A stretch of DNA of 58,904 bases, filler included, from Perkinsus olseni (Eukaryota), in assembly GCA_013115125.1 (NCBI GenBank). It is 4 parts of 4 records of this genome, joined end to end, with 100 filler letters (N's around TTAATTAATTAA, not from the genome) between each part and the next. Parts side by side here need not be neighbours in the genome. Positions count along the whole stretch, not along the records: positions 29,712 to 44,268 come from JABANN010000726.1; positions 44,369 to 58,904 come from JABANN010000727.1; 2 more parts are not named here. One strand, given 5' to 3'. Both the position numbers and the translations under genes were made by a program. The notes under the pieces are model-generated. The model ran no database searches. It was not told where the DNA came from and was given only the letters and a program-made list of their open reading frames with translations. Positions 35,729 to 46,186 of the stretch are shown here, piece after piece. Positions within the stretch are counted from its first letter, which is position 1. Each line of letters starts with the position of its first letter.

Positions 35729-37716
35729 ATGCTCATGAGACTCGTCCGACTCGTCCTCCTTCAAGCGTTCCACACCAGCGGCACAATCCCAAGACCTTAG
35801 CCGGGCTCAGTAGAGATATATAGGAGTATCGGTCCTATCGGCAACTTCTCGACAATCGTCTTAGCGCTCGATGACAATATGATGTCGTCCATCACCTTCT
35901 ACCTGCCTGGTATGTCACGGCCGCTTTTCGCCCGCCGGCACCAGCTGCAATCGGATGGAGCCGGTTGTTTGAGGTATTCGGCCGGGGCGCCTAGCGATAC
36001 GGCTTTGGCTCACTCGAGCATAGAAGATGTCAAGAAGAGGCTCGGCGACGGTTTCTCCCAGGAACTCGATTGGAGCGATATGAAAGTCTGTCCAGACACA
36101 GCGACGACTGCTAGTCTGATACTCAATGGTCGGTCGCATGTGCTGCGCCGCGTCACTAAATTCTTCCTTAGCAAGAAGAGGAATGGTGGCAGGGACTCGA
36201 GCAACCGAACACGTCATCATGAGTTGGCAAGAGCAATCACTTCGAGCGCCACGGTCGCGAGGAGCCCAGCGAATAACCCGACGCATGAGCGACTTGAAAC
36301 AAGTGTAGCGCGGCAGCCTCCCTTTTCCATTATCAGAAGAGTACACCTGCCCGCGGTAGTCCGCCAGAGTACTGTGCATGGAGCGAGGCTTCCCAAGACC
36401 GCTACCTATGAGAATACTGAGCCTATAACTGGCTTGCGGAAGATAAGGTTGACCATACAGGACCAGTCGCTCTATTCTTTGGAGTTCCACACTCACGGGG
36501 CGCGAAGACCGCTGACAATCGGTCCGTACAAGATGATTCCCAGTCTTCTTACTGGGTCCCTCAAGTATGACTTGAGCGACGGTTCACTCTGCCAAAGGGT
36601 TTCCGCCGACCTCAACCGTCTGACCAAATTGTGGGCTGGCGACTGGGCCAAGAACATACTGCCGACGGCTATAGCCATTTATCCGCTGGATGATGCACAT
36701 GTTGAACTAATTATCGGAACAGAGAGATACAAAATGGCCTCCACGAGTATTCCGGTATTCAATGAGGATCCTGAGCGTTCTTCATACCTGGCGACTGCAC
36801 TTGCAGCCGACCCGGAGAAACGTGGCCTCGCCTCCTTGTCTCGCGAGAGGAAGCGACCAAAGATTGAGGAAGTTCGAGGGGCTACGAGTTCTTTGAGCCC
36901 AGCATCCACTAGTAACGTGGTAGTGGTTCAGCAGTTTGATGAGGAGACAAAACAGGAGGCAGTAGATGGCGCTGCCTCGGAGCCCCCAGAGCGTCAGCGA
37001 CTCGGCTCGCCAGTCGAGACACAGACCAAGTTGAATGCGGCGGAGCTGCCCCCTATTGGTGTCTACGAGAACGAATCGCCCATTCTTAACTTCACTAAGG
37101 TCCATGTGAGGATCGAAGCGGATGTTTCGTGCTCCTTCGAATTCTGGCTGCCGGGAAGCACGTTACCAGCCTCATTCGGCCCCTTCAGAATGATCACTTG
37201 TCCGCTAACAGGATGCCTCGGGTTCGATCTGAGAGAAAACTCGGTGCGCGCTCGAGTGGTCGCATCCTTTATAGGACTGCAAAAAGGCTCAGTCGGAAAG
37301 GTTTCGGGAAGATCTATGCTACTGAGGTGAAGGTTTGCGGTTCGCCATCAGGGCAGGTGGAATTGTCTATTGCGAACATACGATACCCAATGCAGCCAGC
37401 GGGCTCTTTGAAAACGCAGGGGCTACAGGGAGCAGCTGGCACTCCAGGAAAAGCTGCACTCCGACGCTTCCTCCGAGCCAAGGGACATCAGCCCAGTCCT
37501 AAGGTAACGCGTGCGCGCTCCTCAAAAGACCATGCGACCGGAGAGAGCGGAAACATTCAGGGGGTCGAGATCTCCGGGCAGGGCTTGGTGGTCGTCGACC
37601 TCTTCGAAGACCTCTGGGCACAGCTCGCTCGCAGCCCTACGGAGCCTAGCTCTGGGAGTTTGAGACCTGATGCCCTGCTGGATTATCTCGACCCAATGCA
37701 TGATGGTCCGATTTAA
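35729..37716 (+). pseudogene. Secreted triple-repeat-domain protein, copy B (in-frame TAG at 35798; -1 frameshift at about 37280)
   Basis: MLMRLVRLVLLQAFHTSGTIPRP*PGSVEIYRSIG aligns without gaps to copy A; the C-terminus continues in ORF 37129..37716. Confidence 0.75.
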
Positions 37717-38530
37717 GGACAGTCTTTATCTTTTTGCCCATCATCAACCCGACTCGTTCGTCACTGCCGTTATCATCGGCGACAGTATCCTACTGTGAGA
37801 ATTCTACGTGTTTTTCTGTGTGCGATCAGGGGTCATGCCCAGCACGTTGCCAGACCAGCCCTCTTTCCGCTGTTCGCCGTAAGTCCGGATATCTATAAAC
37901 TCTCTCAAGTGTGCTACTAGTGAACCATACACTGTGTATGAGTAGCGGATTGTGTGCAGTAGCATGAATGTATCACTTGAATGTCGCGACGTAACCATCG
38001 AGTACTCTTGTAATCCTGGGAAAAAAGGCAGGATATCGGAGAGGTTAATCTCAATCGATTATCCAATCTCAATAAATCACCCACAGCTGAATGGTAAATC
38101 ACCCAAGCCTAGCAGTAGACAATATGACACTACACTGCGTCAGGCAATTTGCGTGGACAGCCAAGCGGCTGCCGCTTAGCGGCAACACCTCTTATGCATT
38201 CGAGTTACAACGCACCATTGCAACATCTCGGAACTCATACGAACCTCCTAGAAAGACTTGGGTCATATAGTGGCGGATAGCAGATGATACGACGGATGGC
38301 ACCACGCGAGACGAAGGGAGTCTATCACTGGTAAGCTTCCTAGTCGTAACGGCACAGCGCGTTGATCCTGGATCAACGTGGCGTGCTTCGCTGACGCGCT
38401 TGCGCATACTCACCAAGGATCCTTCGGTGAAAGAAACCGGAGAATAGCGACGGTTTTCGTTACCGCCTCGAAATGAGAAATTCTGTAACCACCACTGGGA
38501 CAACACAAGAAAAACGAGGACAGAAACACA

Positions 38531-41500
38531 TCAATCCAACCTCACAACCTGCATGAACGCTTCTGGTGGCACTTTTATCTTTCCCACTTGCTTCAACTTC
38601 TTCTCTCGCTCTTTGGCTTCTTTGATCAATTTCATTTTCCGGGTCGGGTCACCGGCGACACTGTGGTCCTTCGCAATGGCGTTCTTTTTTTGTTTTCCAA
38701 TTTTCTCCGACACCAAAACTTTGCCACCGACGCAACCTTGAAGATTGATTTCAAACGCGTGTGGAGAAATGTGCTCCTTCAGTCTCCTCAGCATCTTCCC
38801 CGCTACTTCTCGCACCGCGTCATGACGGCAAATGAAACTCAGAGCCTCTGCCGGATCGCCGTTTATCTTGATGTCCACTTTCCTGAGATCAGTCTCCCGA
38901 GCTCCTCGATGCTCATAGACAAAGGACGCGTAGCCGTGCGAGAGTTGGAGGATCTTGTCGGCAAAATCGACTATAATTTCCGACAGCGGCAATTCGAATT
39001 TGAACATCGCCCGGGTCGGGTCAATGAGCTCATACGATAGCTGAGTGCCTCGACGACTGTAGCAAAGTTGAGTTATATCCGAGGCGTATGCAACTGGTGA
39101 AACAAACGTGCCTGAATGAGGAGCAATTTCGCGGCGCGCGAGAAATACATAGGTTACCTTCAACAGTGGGCTCTTTCCAGGTTCCCAATGGATTCTTCGG
39201 CCATTCGTCGACAGAATCAACTACCTAGAAAGACCCCTACTACGAATACACCCCCTGAGGCACTCACGATTTCCTTCGTGGCACCGTCAGAGCGTTGATT
39301 CAGCGGGGAAAATGTATAGGGGACAGTCGGGGTTGTGAGAATCACATCAACATCGTGTTCGGCCTTCAACCTCTGCTTGATAACGTCCATGTGCAGCAAA
39401 CCAAGAAAGCCGCATCGGAAGCCAGTGCCTGACGACGAGACTATATTCAAAGCTATCTCGGTCATATCGGCGAAGCCCTCGTCGTACGGCAGCGAAGAGA
39501 AGTTCTCATGGTGACCTTATCGTTCTCTTAGAGAACGATAAGGTCACCATGAGGCTCGAAAACTTCTGAGACGCAGGGACTTGTACTAACAAGTCGACAC
39601 ACACTAAACCACGCCAATGGTGATGCTCTGTATTCGCGAGTCTCCGCGTGTCACCTTCTTCCATACAGCTTACCGAAAGAGAAAGGGAGTCTATCCACGA
39701 GGAATCGAGAGAAAGTTGGTACGCCGATTGAACTTGAAACCCACAGTAGGCTTACCTAGTGCTTGGCTTATCACTTTCTTGTACTCTAGACTCGAGTCGC
39801 TCAGGGAGAGTCGGTTGATCGCGGGATCCAGCCGTTCGCTATCGCCTGTGGTTACCGGGAATACACCTTGAGGAGACCACGGCGCCCTCCGTACGACAGC
39901 GATCAGCAGTTCTCTAGCGAACGCACAACCGACTCATTTGTATACCAGGGAGGATATCACAAAACAAGCCGCAAATAAAAGCTCGCTTCATCGGAGACGT
40001 CATGGACGAATACCAACGCTGCCGCACATGCATCTTCAATCCAGAAGCAATAGCGACATACGGCCACTGCCGTTTCGCCCGTCGAGCACACCCCCCGCCA
40101 AACAACCGCTCCTTGTAATGAGGACGATAAATCTCGATCGCTTTGTTGACCGGCTTTGCTATGTTAGAATGTATTGCGTTTTCGCAATCATTAGACGCGA
40201 AGACAATGCCATGTCCCCCTTTCTGGCAGCTCACCAGCATAGACCATGCTCCTTGCCGGTTCAAAGCCGGGGAAGACTTCAACTGCCTCGCCAATTCTAC
40301 TTATAGTGTCGCCAACTCGAAGCCCTCGAATATCTTGATTCCGATTACAGGAGATGTAACCCAGCTAAGCACGTTCCCAATCACAGAAGACAAACGTTGA
40401 GCCTCCACCTGTCCGCGATGAAGGAACTCGGTGGGCGTGAGGTTAGGGTGCATCACCCCGATATCAGACGCTGTCATCTTCCGCTCCGCGTGCTTAAGTT
40501 CGAGCGATTCGCCCTTCTTCAGACGGCCGCTCGTCAGATAAACCAAGAGGATTGCGCCTGGAAGGAAAGCTGTAGCGGAGTCCGGTGATCCAGAGTACCA
40601 GACCACTTGCGACATCGACCCTAGTCACATCGCAAGTCTGTCGCGGCTCAAAGACTCCCGCGCGAGGCAGACTCAAAGCAAGTGCAACCAGTTTTATGCG
40701 TCATACCACATTTTTGTGGGAAAGTCGCCGAAAACTTGCAAGCTGATTCGCTGAATATAATAGTGCTGATGACTTTACTAGAGCTGATGAACCACACCTT
40801 TTGTCATACTAAAGGGCGCCCGAAAAACGTGTTTCCTTAACTACTATGGAGTTCCGGTTGCTCACAGCCGCTTCGAGAGCAGCTCGGTCACGAATTTACA
40901 GAATGCTACGCAATCCTCCAATCACGACAGCCCGGCTGCGCGCGCTAGGGCAAGCTCTTGCCGAAAATATCATACCCCTCTGGTTCGACTAATCGATGAA
41001 TTAGCGCGGAGAAATTCTCGAAGATGAAACGCTTTTATATGATGTTCGATACTGGCGGAGAACCTCGGGAAGCAGCCAACGGTATAATGAGAAGCATGCC
41101 CTTCTCATTGCATGCCATTCTCTTGTCTTATTAACATCATTCGTGATGAAGCTCACCTCTGTTCCGGTCGAACCACATGTCCAGCAACAACGCGCGAAGG
41201 GGTGGTCTCCCGGACGGCGGCGTCGAAGTCGCATCCGGTTTGGGCGGCGGAATGCGTTCAATGATAGCCTGGAAATCGAACTTGCTCGCTGGGAACTTCC
41301 GCGAGTTGAGCAGAGCAATGCAACAAGAATGCTTATATGCTTCACTGGGTAAATACACGTAGGCGACAGTGTGGCAACACCGCCCGTCAGTAGGCAGTCT
41401 ACTATTCCGTCGAACTAGGACTGCACGAAGACAGGGTAAGCGACAGGCTACCCTGCAGGTAGATAGTATCGGCAAAATCCAGTATAATTTTCGACAGGCA

Positions 41501-43735
41501 CGGTTCTAATTTGAACAGGAGATCAGCGAATCACCGGCAAGAGCTACCTCCTACCTCAACGGGCTATTGTGTAACGACCACTACAGGCACGATCATGCGA
41601 GGGGGGACAGCTGACGGGTCATCCCCTATGGAGCGAGGAGCCGAAGGCAGAGCGACTCACCGTCAGCAGTTGGTCAACATTTTTCCCCGTCTTTGCCGAG
41701 ACTCCTAAGATCGCAGATTCATCCACGTCCATCAAACTGGCCAGTTGAGAACGGCTGCTCGAAAGATCTACCTGCGCACAGCGAAGATTCCATGGATACA
41801 AGATGCGCAAATTACCGAAGCGAGCAGAGACCTCAAAGCCGCATTCTCAATTCACGTCAACGGCAGATTAGAAGATACCCGAGTCGAGGATAGTACGGTC
41901 ATTCAGGCGCATGGAAGACGGTCGAATTCCCCAGTAGAGTGCGAATGATCAACGAGGCACCCTCCTTACGTGTTCAACGTCAATTTTGTTGAGTGCGCCG
42001 ATGACTTCTAATCCCTGCTGCATGAAGGCCAGATAAAAGTTCGCAACCGTTTGCGCCTGGACACCTATAACGAGTATCGCTGTGGCAGCAGCAGCAGCAC
42101 TCGGCTCAGCGTTACTAAGACCGATAGTCCCAAGGAGTTCTCGTCAAGAAGGCCCCGATAGGAGCAGAGCGGGATGATGGAAAAATGTATCAGAAATGAC
42201 CGACTCCAGTCGATACTAAGACAGCCGCTTCAGTCGGAGCGTTCCATTCTCAACCTTCATTCACTCCGCGAGTATAATTCTGTGAACCTCTCGCTTCAGC
42301 CATACGAAGATTACTCGGTCGTAAAGACGATAGCATGAGGATGAGCGATGAGAAGAGCCTTCGATCATTGACTCACCCTGTATCGCGTCCACCAGTAGTA
42401 TCGCACCTTGACATGCTGAAAGCGAGCGCGCCACTTCGTATTGGAAGTCAGTGTGGCCTGCAATGGCAAGTGAGTAGATATCAAAGGAAAACGGCGGCAA
42501 GGTGAAATTATCGAGGTCACTACGGTAGGTCAGAGATCCAGTGAGACCTCAGTAGAAAAGGCTAGCCCACGGAACTCGTGTGACGAATTTCGGATTCCGG
42601 GAGAAACTGAACAGGTTCAGCCACAATTAAGAACGTGGAGAATGGAGCTACACGAACTGGAACCACGTGATGATTCGTGCATCTTCTCTCCGTATACCTC
42701 ACCTGGTGTGTCGATAAGATTGAGCAGGTACGTTAGACCATCCTTGGGGTTGTCGTACAGTATGCTGCAACTTTGCGCCTTTATAGTAATACCCTGACCG
42801 ATGAAAGTGACGATACATCTTCTCGACCAAGCCGGCCATCAGCACGTGCCAAGGGCCTTGCTACTGTTCCAGTTTGCCCGGCGGAAACATGTCTTGCTGC
42901 GAGGAATGTCTTCACGAAGGTGACAAGCGACCTCCATCGACGCTGCGACTCACTCGCTCTCGCTCGACCTCCAAAGTATCGAGGTACTGCGCTCCTCTGG
43001 TCTCAATGCCTGTCATGTTCAATAGACGATCGCACAGAGTGGACTTGCCGTGATCGACATGCGCGATCACCGAAAAGTTACGTATCCGGTCGACGGGAAC
43101 TCCCTCGGGGAAGGACGCCAGGAAACTGAGGGAAGACTCGCGTGGCCCGGGTTCTGGGCGAGGGCAATCAGCAAGCAAGCCACAGACAGCACACGCGAGA
43201 TCGGTCCCGCTAGAGGTCGAGCTTTAGTCACAGAATAATATAATTTCACACACTTTTACCAGGGGAAGGGCAGATGGTCGAATGAGGCGCTGATTCGAAT
43301 TGAAGGGCCACTCGGAACCCAAAAATCTATCGATCCGGGCGAGTAAAAAGAGCTATCAGCGTCCCAGGCGAAGATTTTCATTCGAAAGACCGAGGGATTA
43401 GCAATCTGAAAGACTCTCTACGCGTCACGAGCATCCCGCCGCCGGTTCAACAAAGACATTGTGAGACTCCAAACCGATTCTGGAATTGATTTTTACACGT
43501 AAAATGCGGTTCCAGAGTCGATTCTGAGTTCCTAACCAGCTTATTGATGGAGATAATGATGCAAGAGCGATTCGGAAACTGGGCGTTCGTAAACTCACTC
43601 CATGATTCTCTGTTGCGCCTTTGACCGTGTCTTCAGAGTGTGACCCGTCGCTGAGCCATGTGCCCCTGCTGCGGCAACCCCGGGCGTAGCGGTGGTACAA
43701 AATAATCTCAATGATTTCAGCCATGTTGTGTTCAT
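38531..43735 (-). CDS. GUF1: Translation factor GUF1 / elongation factor 4 (LepA), probably mitochondrial, multi-exon; 5' exon inferred
   Basis: [97 protein letters not shown] and a LepA C-terminal domain. Transit-peptide-like [15 protein letters not shown] at 43735 is tentative. Confidence 0.92.
39505..39553. repeat. Perfect 24-bp inverted repeat with 1-nt spacer, in a GUF1 intron
   Basis: CTCATGGTGACCTTATCGTTCTCT-T-AGAGAACGATAAGGTCACCATGAG. Confidence 0.95.
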
Positions 43736-43943
43736 GGGAAAAACTCTTTCACAAAAGGAGTGCCGGTGTACCGAGAGGGACCTCGAGGGACCAAAAATTA
43801 TCCTCGAGAACTTGTAAAAATGTCATGAACAGCATGTCTCGCTCCGATAGGAAGCTATGCTAAGCAGTTGATAACAATAGGGAGGATTCCAGACAGCAAA
43901 ACTTGGATGTTGTGTTCTCAATCAGTTGGTCTTGGGACTCTCG

Positions 43944-44195
43944 CTTGAGATCAAAAAAGAATCACAGGGCGACACACAGACATTACCTTCCGAGGGGGGG
44001 CCCTCTTTCGAGGCGTTGGGCCTCTTAGAGGAGGTAATGTGACTATCGGTCGGAAACCCGTGAGTGGTGAGCCTATACTCAAGCTCTCGGGCCGGGTTTT
44101 CGACCTGTTAGTCCTCACCCCACACTCCCGATCGACTAAGTTATTAATCGAACGACTCTCCGGAAGCGACTCTTGAGATCAAAAAAGAATCACAG
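43944..44195. other. Structured 204-nt segment bracketed by perfect 24-bp direct repeats (candidate ncRNA or SINE-like element)
   Basis: CTTGAGATCAAAAAAGAATCACAG at 43944-43967 and 44172-44195, with two adjacent long stem-loops between them. Confidence 0.45.
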
Positions 44196-44268
44196 TGCGC
44201 GGTCGCGGGGTGAGCCTTGCAGGAAAAACGCAGAAATAGACGTCGACCCCGCGTAGTGGAGCGAAGGT

Positions 44269-44368
44269 NNNNNNNNNNNNNNNNNNNNNNNNNNNNNNNN
44301 NNNNNNNNNNNNTTAATTAATTAANNNNNNNNNNNNNNNNNNNNNNNNNNNNNNNNNNNNNNNNNNNN
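44269..44368. other. Artificial contig spacer
   Basis: N44-TTAATTAATTAA-N44. Confidence 0.97.
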
Positions 44369-44612
44369 CTTATTCAAGTTAGCCTTTTTCTTGAGACCTT
44401 AATGGCACTGAGTTCAGTCCAGGGCGGCTTACCCCCAACAAACACGTACTTTCCTCCCCCACACTCGCGATGTCACCACTGCGGTTTCAACTCAACATGA
44501 AAGCAGCAGTGCGTGGAAATCGTAAGTTTGGACAAGTCGAGTGTTGTGATGAGAAGTAATCATTTGACGTGTACGTGTGCATAAGACTATGGTAATGTTA
44601 TTGTTGGTATTA

Positions 44613-45932
44613 TCATTCTCCTAGACAGAAAACAGTCAATGTACCAAGTAGGCCACCGATAAAGATACCATTGATAAGCGAGAAAGCCATGGCGTATCCG
44701 GCGACCTCTTGCTCGGCCTTGTCCGCGGGGACACGCTGAGGTCCGTACATCATGCACAGGGTAGCGGTAAGACCGTTAGTGAGAGCGAAGAAGACCATCT
44801 CAACATGCTTGAACCAATCCCAGTAGAACGGCTTCACCGTTGGGTAGAGGGCAGTGCAGATGAACAGGGGAATGAACAGGGCACGTCCGAGAGCAAAAGC
44901 AATGAGAGGCTTTTGCGGCATCATCAGACCGACGTTTGGCGCGAATCTGCCAACTGTGTCCGCAATCTGATACGTGAAAGTGACCATCGGGATGAACTTG
45001 TTGGTGGCGTCATCAGTCCCTTCCTGAGCTTGCCACTTCATGGTCTGGGATGGGAAGCAGATGAAGGTTATAGTGAGGACCGACCAAGCACAGAAGGCCA
45101 TCGGGGCGACGTCTTTGAGAATCATCCACACTGGGCGTCGGGTCTGGCGCTCCTTGAGCGAGCCAGCCTTGTTTCTGTTCTTCTCGATAGCGAGGACGTG
45201 CTGCATGTGAGGGTGCTTTGACGTTATGACACGGAACATGGGGATGACAGCTAGAGTGACGAGAGACGTGAGAGCGAAGAAAACAAAGCAGACCCGCTCG
45301 TCTCTGCGTTCTACTTTATCAAATATGACGTTCAGTAGTTGCAGGATAGGCCAGCCGACGACACCACCAATGCCCTCGCCCACCATAACCCAGTTCATAC
45401 AGGACTTCGGGCAGAGGGCGGCCAAACCGAAGGCAGTTGACTCCATAACAGCATGACCGAAGGCCAGTAGGATCACACAGACGATAGCAAGAGCGTTTCC
45501 GAGACCAGTGTTGGAGGAAGGGTCGTCCGAACCGATCGTCATTGCAACTACGGCGAGGAGGACATTAAAGACGGCCAGGAGACCGCACCCCCAGTCGAAC
45601 CGCGGGGCAAAGGTGAACTTGTTGCCGAAGAAGATGATGAACAGCTGGGCGACATTGACGGCCAAACCGTAGAAGATTGATATGGTCGAACCGAAACCAT
45701 GGTGGAATTTGCCATCCAAGTAGACGAGGTCAGTGAGGATGAAGTTCCACGGGGCCAAGGCGACGAAACCGTAGACACAGAATTGAAACAACAACGTCCA
45801 GGTAACCGGCGGGGCCTCTTGTTCCTTCTCCGTGCTTTGGGAAGACGCCGCACTTGTCTTCTTCGGCGGAGCTCCTATTCCCTGCAGCTCGCGGATTTCG
45901 GTGATGGTCGAACGTCTCCTGACTTCAGTCAT
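44613..45932 (-). CDS. Equilibrative nucleoside transporter (SLC29/ENT), intronless, 439 aa
   Basis: GFVALAPWNFILT, VMVGEGIGGV, TFICFPS, DTVGR, RALFIPLF, FALTNG and EQEVAG motifs; many TM helices. Confidence 0.93.
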   Translation of the reverse strand: MTEVRRRSTITEIRELQGIGAPPKKTSAASSQSTEKEQEAPPVTWTLLFQFCVYGFVALAPWNFILTDLVYLDGKFHHGFGSTISIFYGLAVNVAQLFIIFFGNKFTFAPRFDWGCGLLAVFNVLLAVVAMTIGSDDPSSNTGLGNALAIVCVILLAFGHAVMESTAFGLAALCPKSCMNWVMVGEGIGGVVGWPILQLLNVIFDKVERRDERVCFVFFALTSLVTLAVIPMFRVITSKHPHMQHVLAIEKNRNKAGSLKERQTRRPVWMILKDVAPMAFCAWSVLTITFICFPSQTMKWQAQEGTDDATNKFIPMVTFTYQIADTVGRFAPNVGLMMPQKPLIAFALGRALFIPLFICTALYPTVKPFYWDWFKHVEMVFFALTNGLTATLCMMYGPQRVPADKAEQEVAGYAMAFSLINGIFIGGLLGTLTVFCLGE

Positions 45933-46186
45933 GTCGATGAGAAGGAAGGGCCTGTTTGGCCACTTAAAAGGTCGTCCAAGCCCTTGGGATACTTGCAGAT
46001 TGCACGAAATAGCTAAACAGGATAGGTCGATTGAATACTATTTTGTTGCCGCTCAGCGCAGGTGGGGATGGTGTCGGGCCGCTATCCGAAAAACCGTGGG
46101 TTCAATTCTGGGCATATGTATTTTTGAAATTCTCAATAGCTTAGCGGATTCATCTCTCCCACTATCTCTGAGTCTTCGTAAAGGTC

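Noticed and set aside
31840-37290. Programmed frameshifting or read-through explaining the broken secreted genes
   Set aside because: The lesions differ in type and position between paralogues and are simple indels or a nonsense codon; the known Perkinsus frameshift system is mitochondrial.
43944-44195. 24-bp direct repeats as a CRISPR array or spliced-leader RNA genes
   Set aside because: Only two repeats, a 204-nt spacer, eukaryotic context and no cas genes. The minus-strand end TTTTGATCTCAAG only loosely resembles the Perkinsus/dinoflagellate SL and has no GT donor after it.
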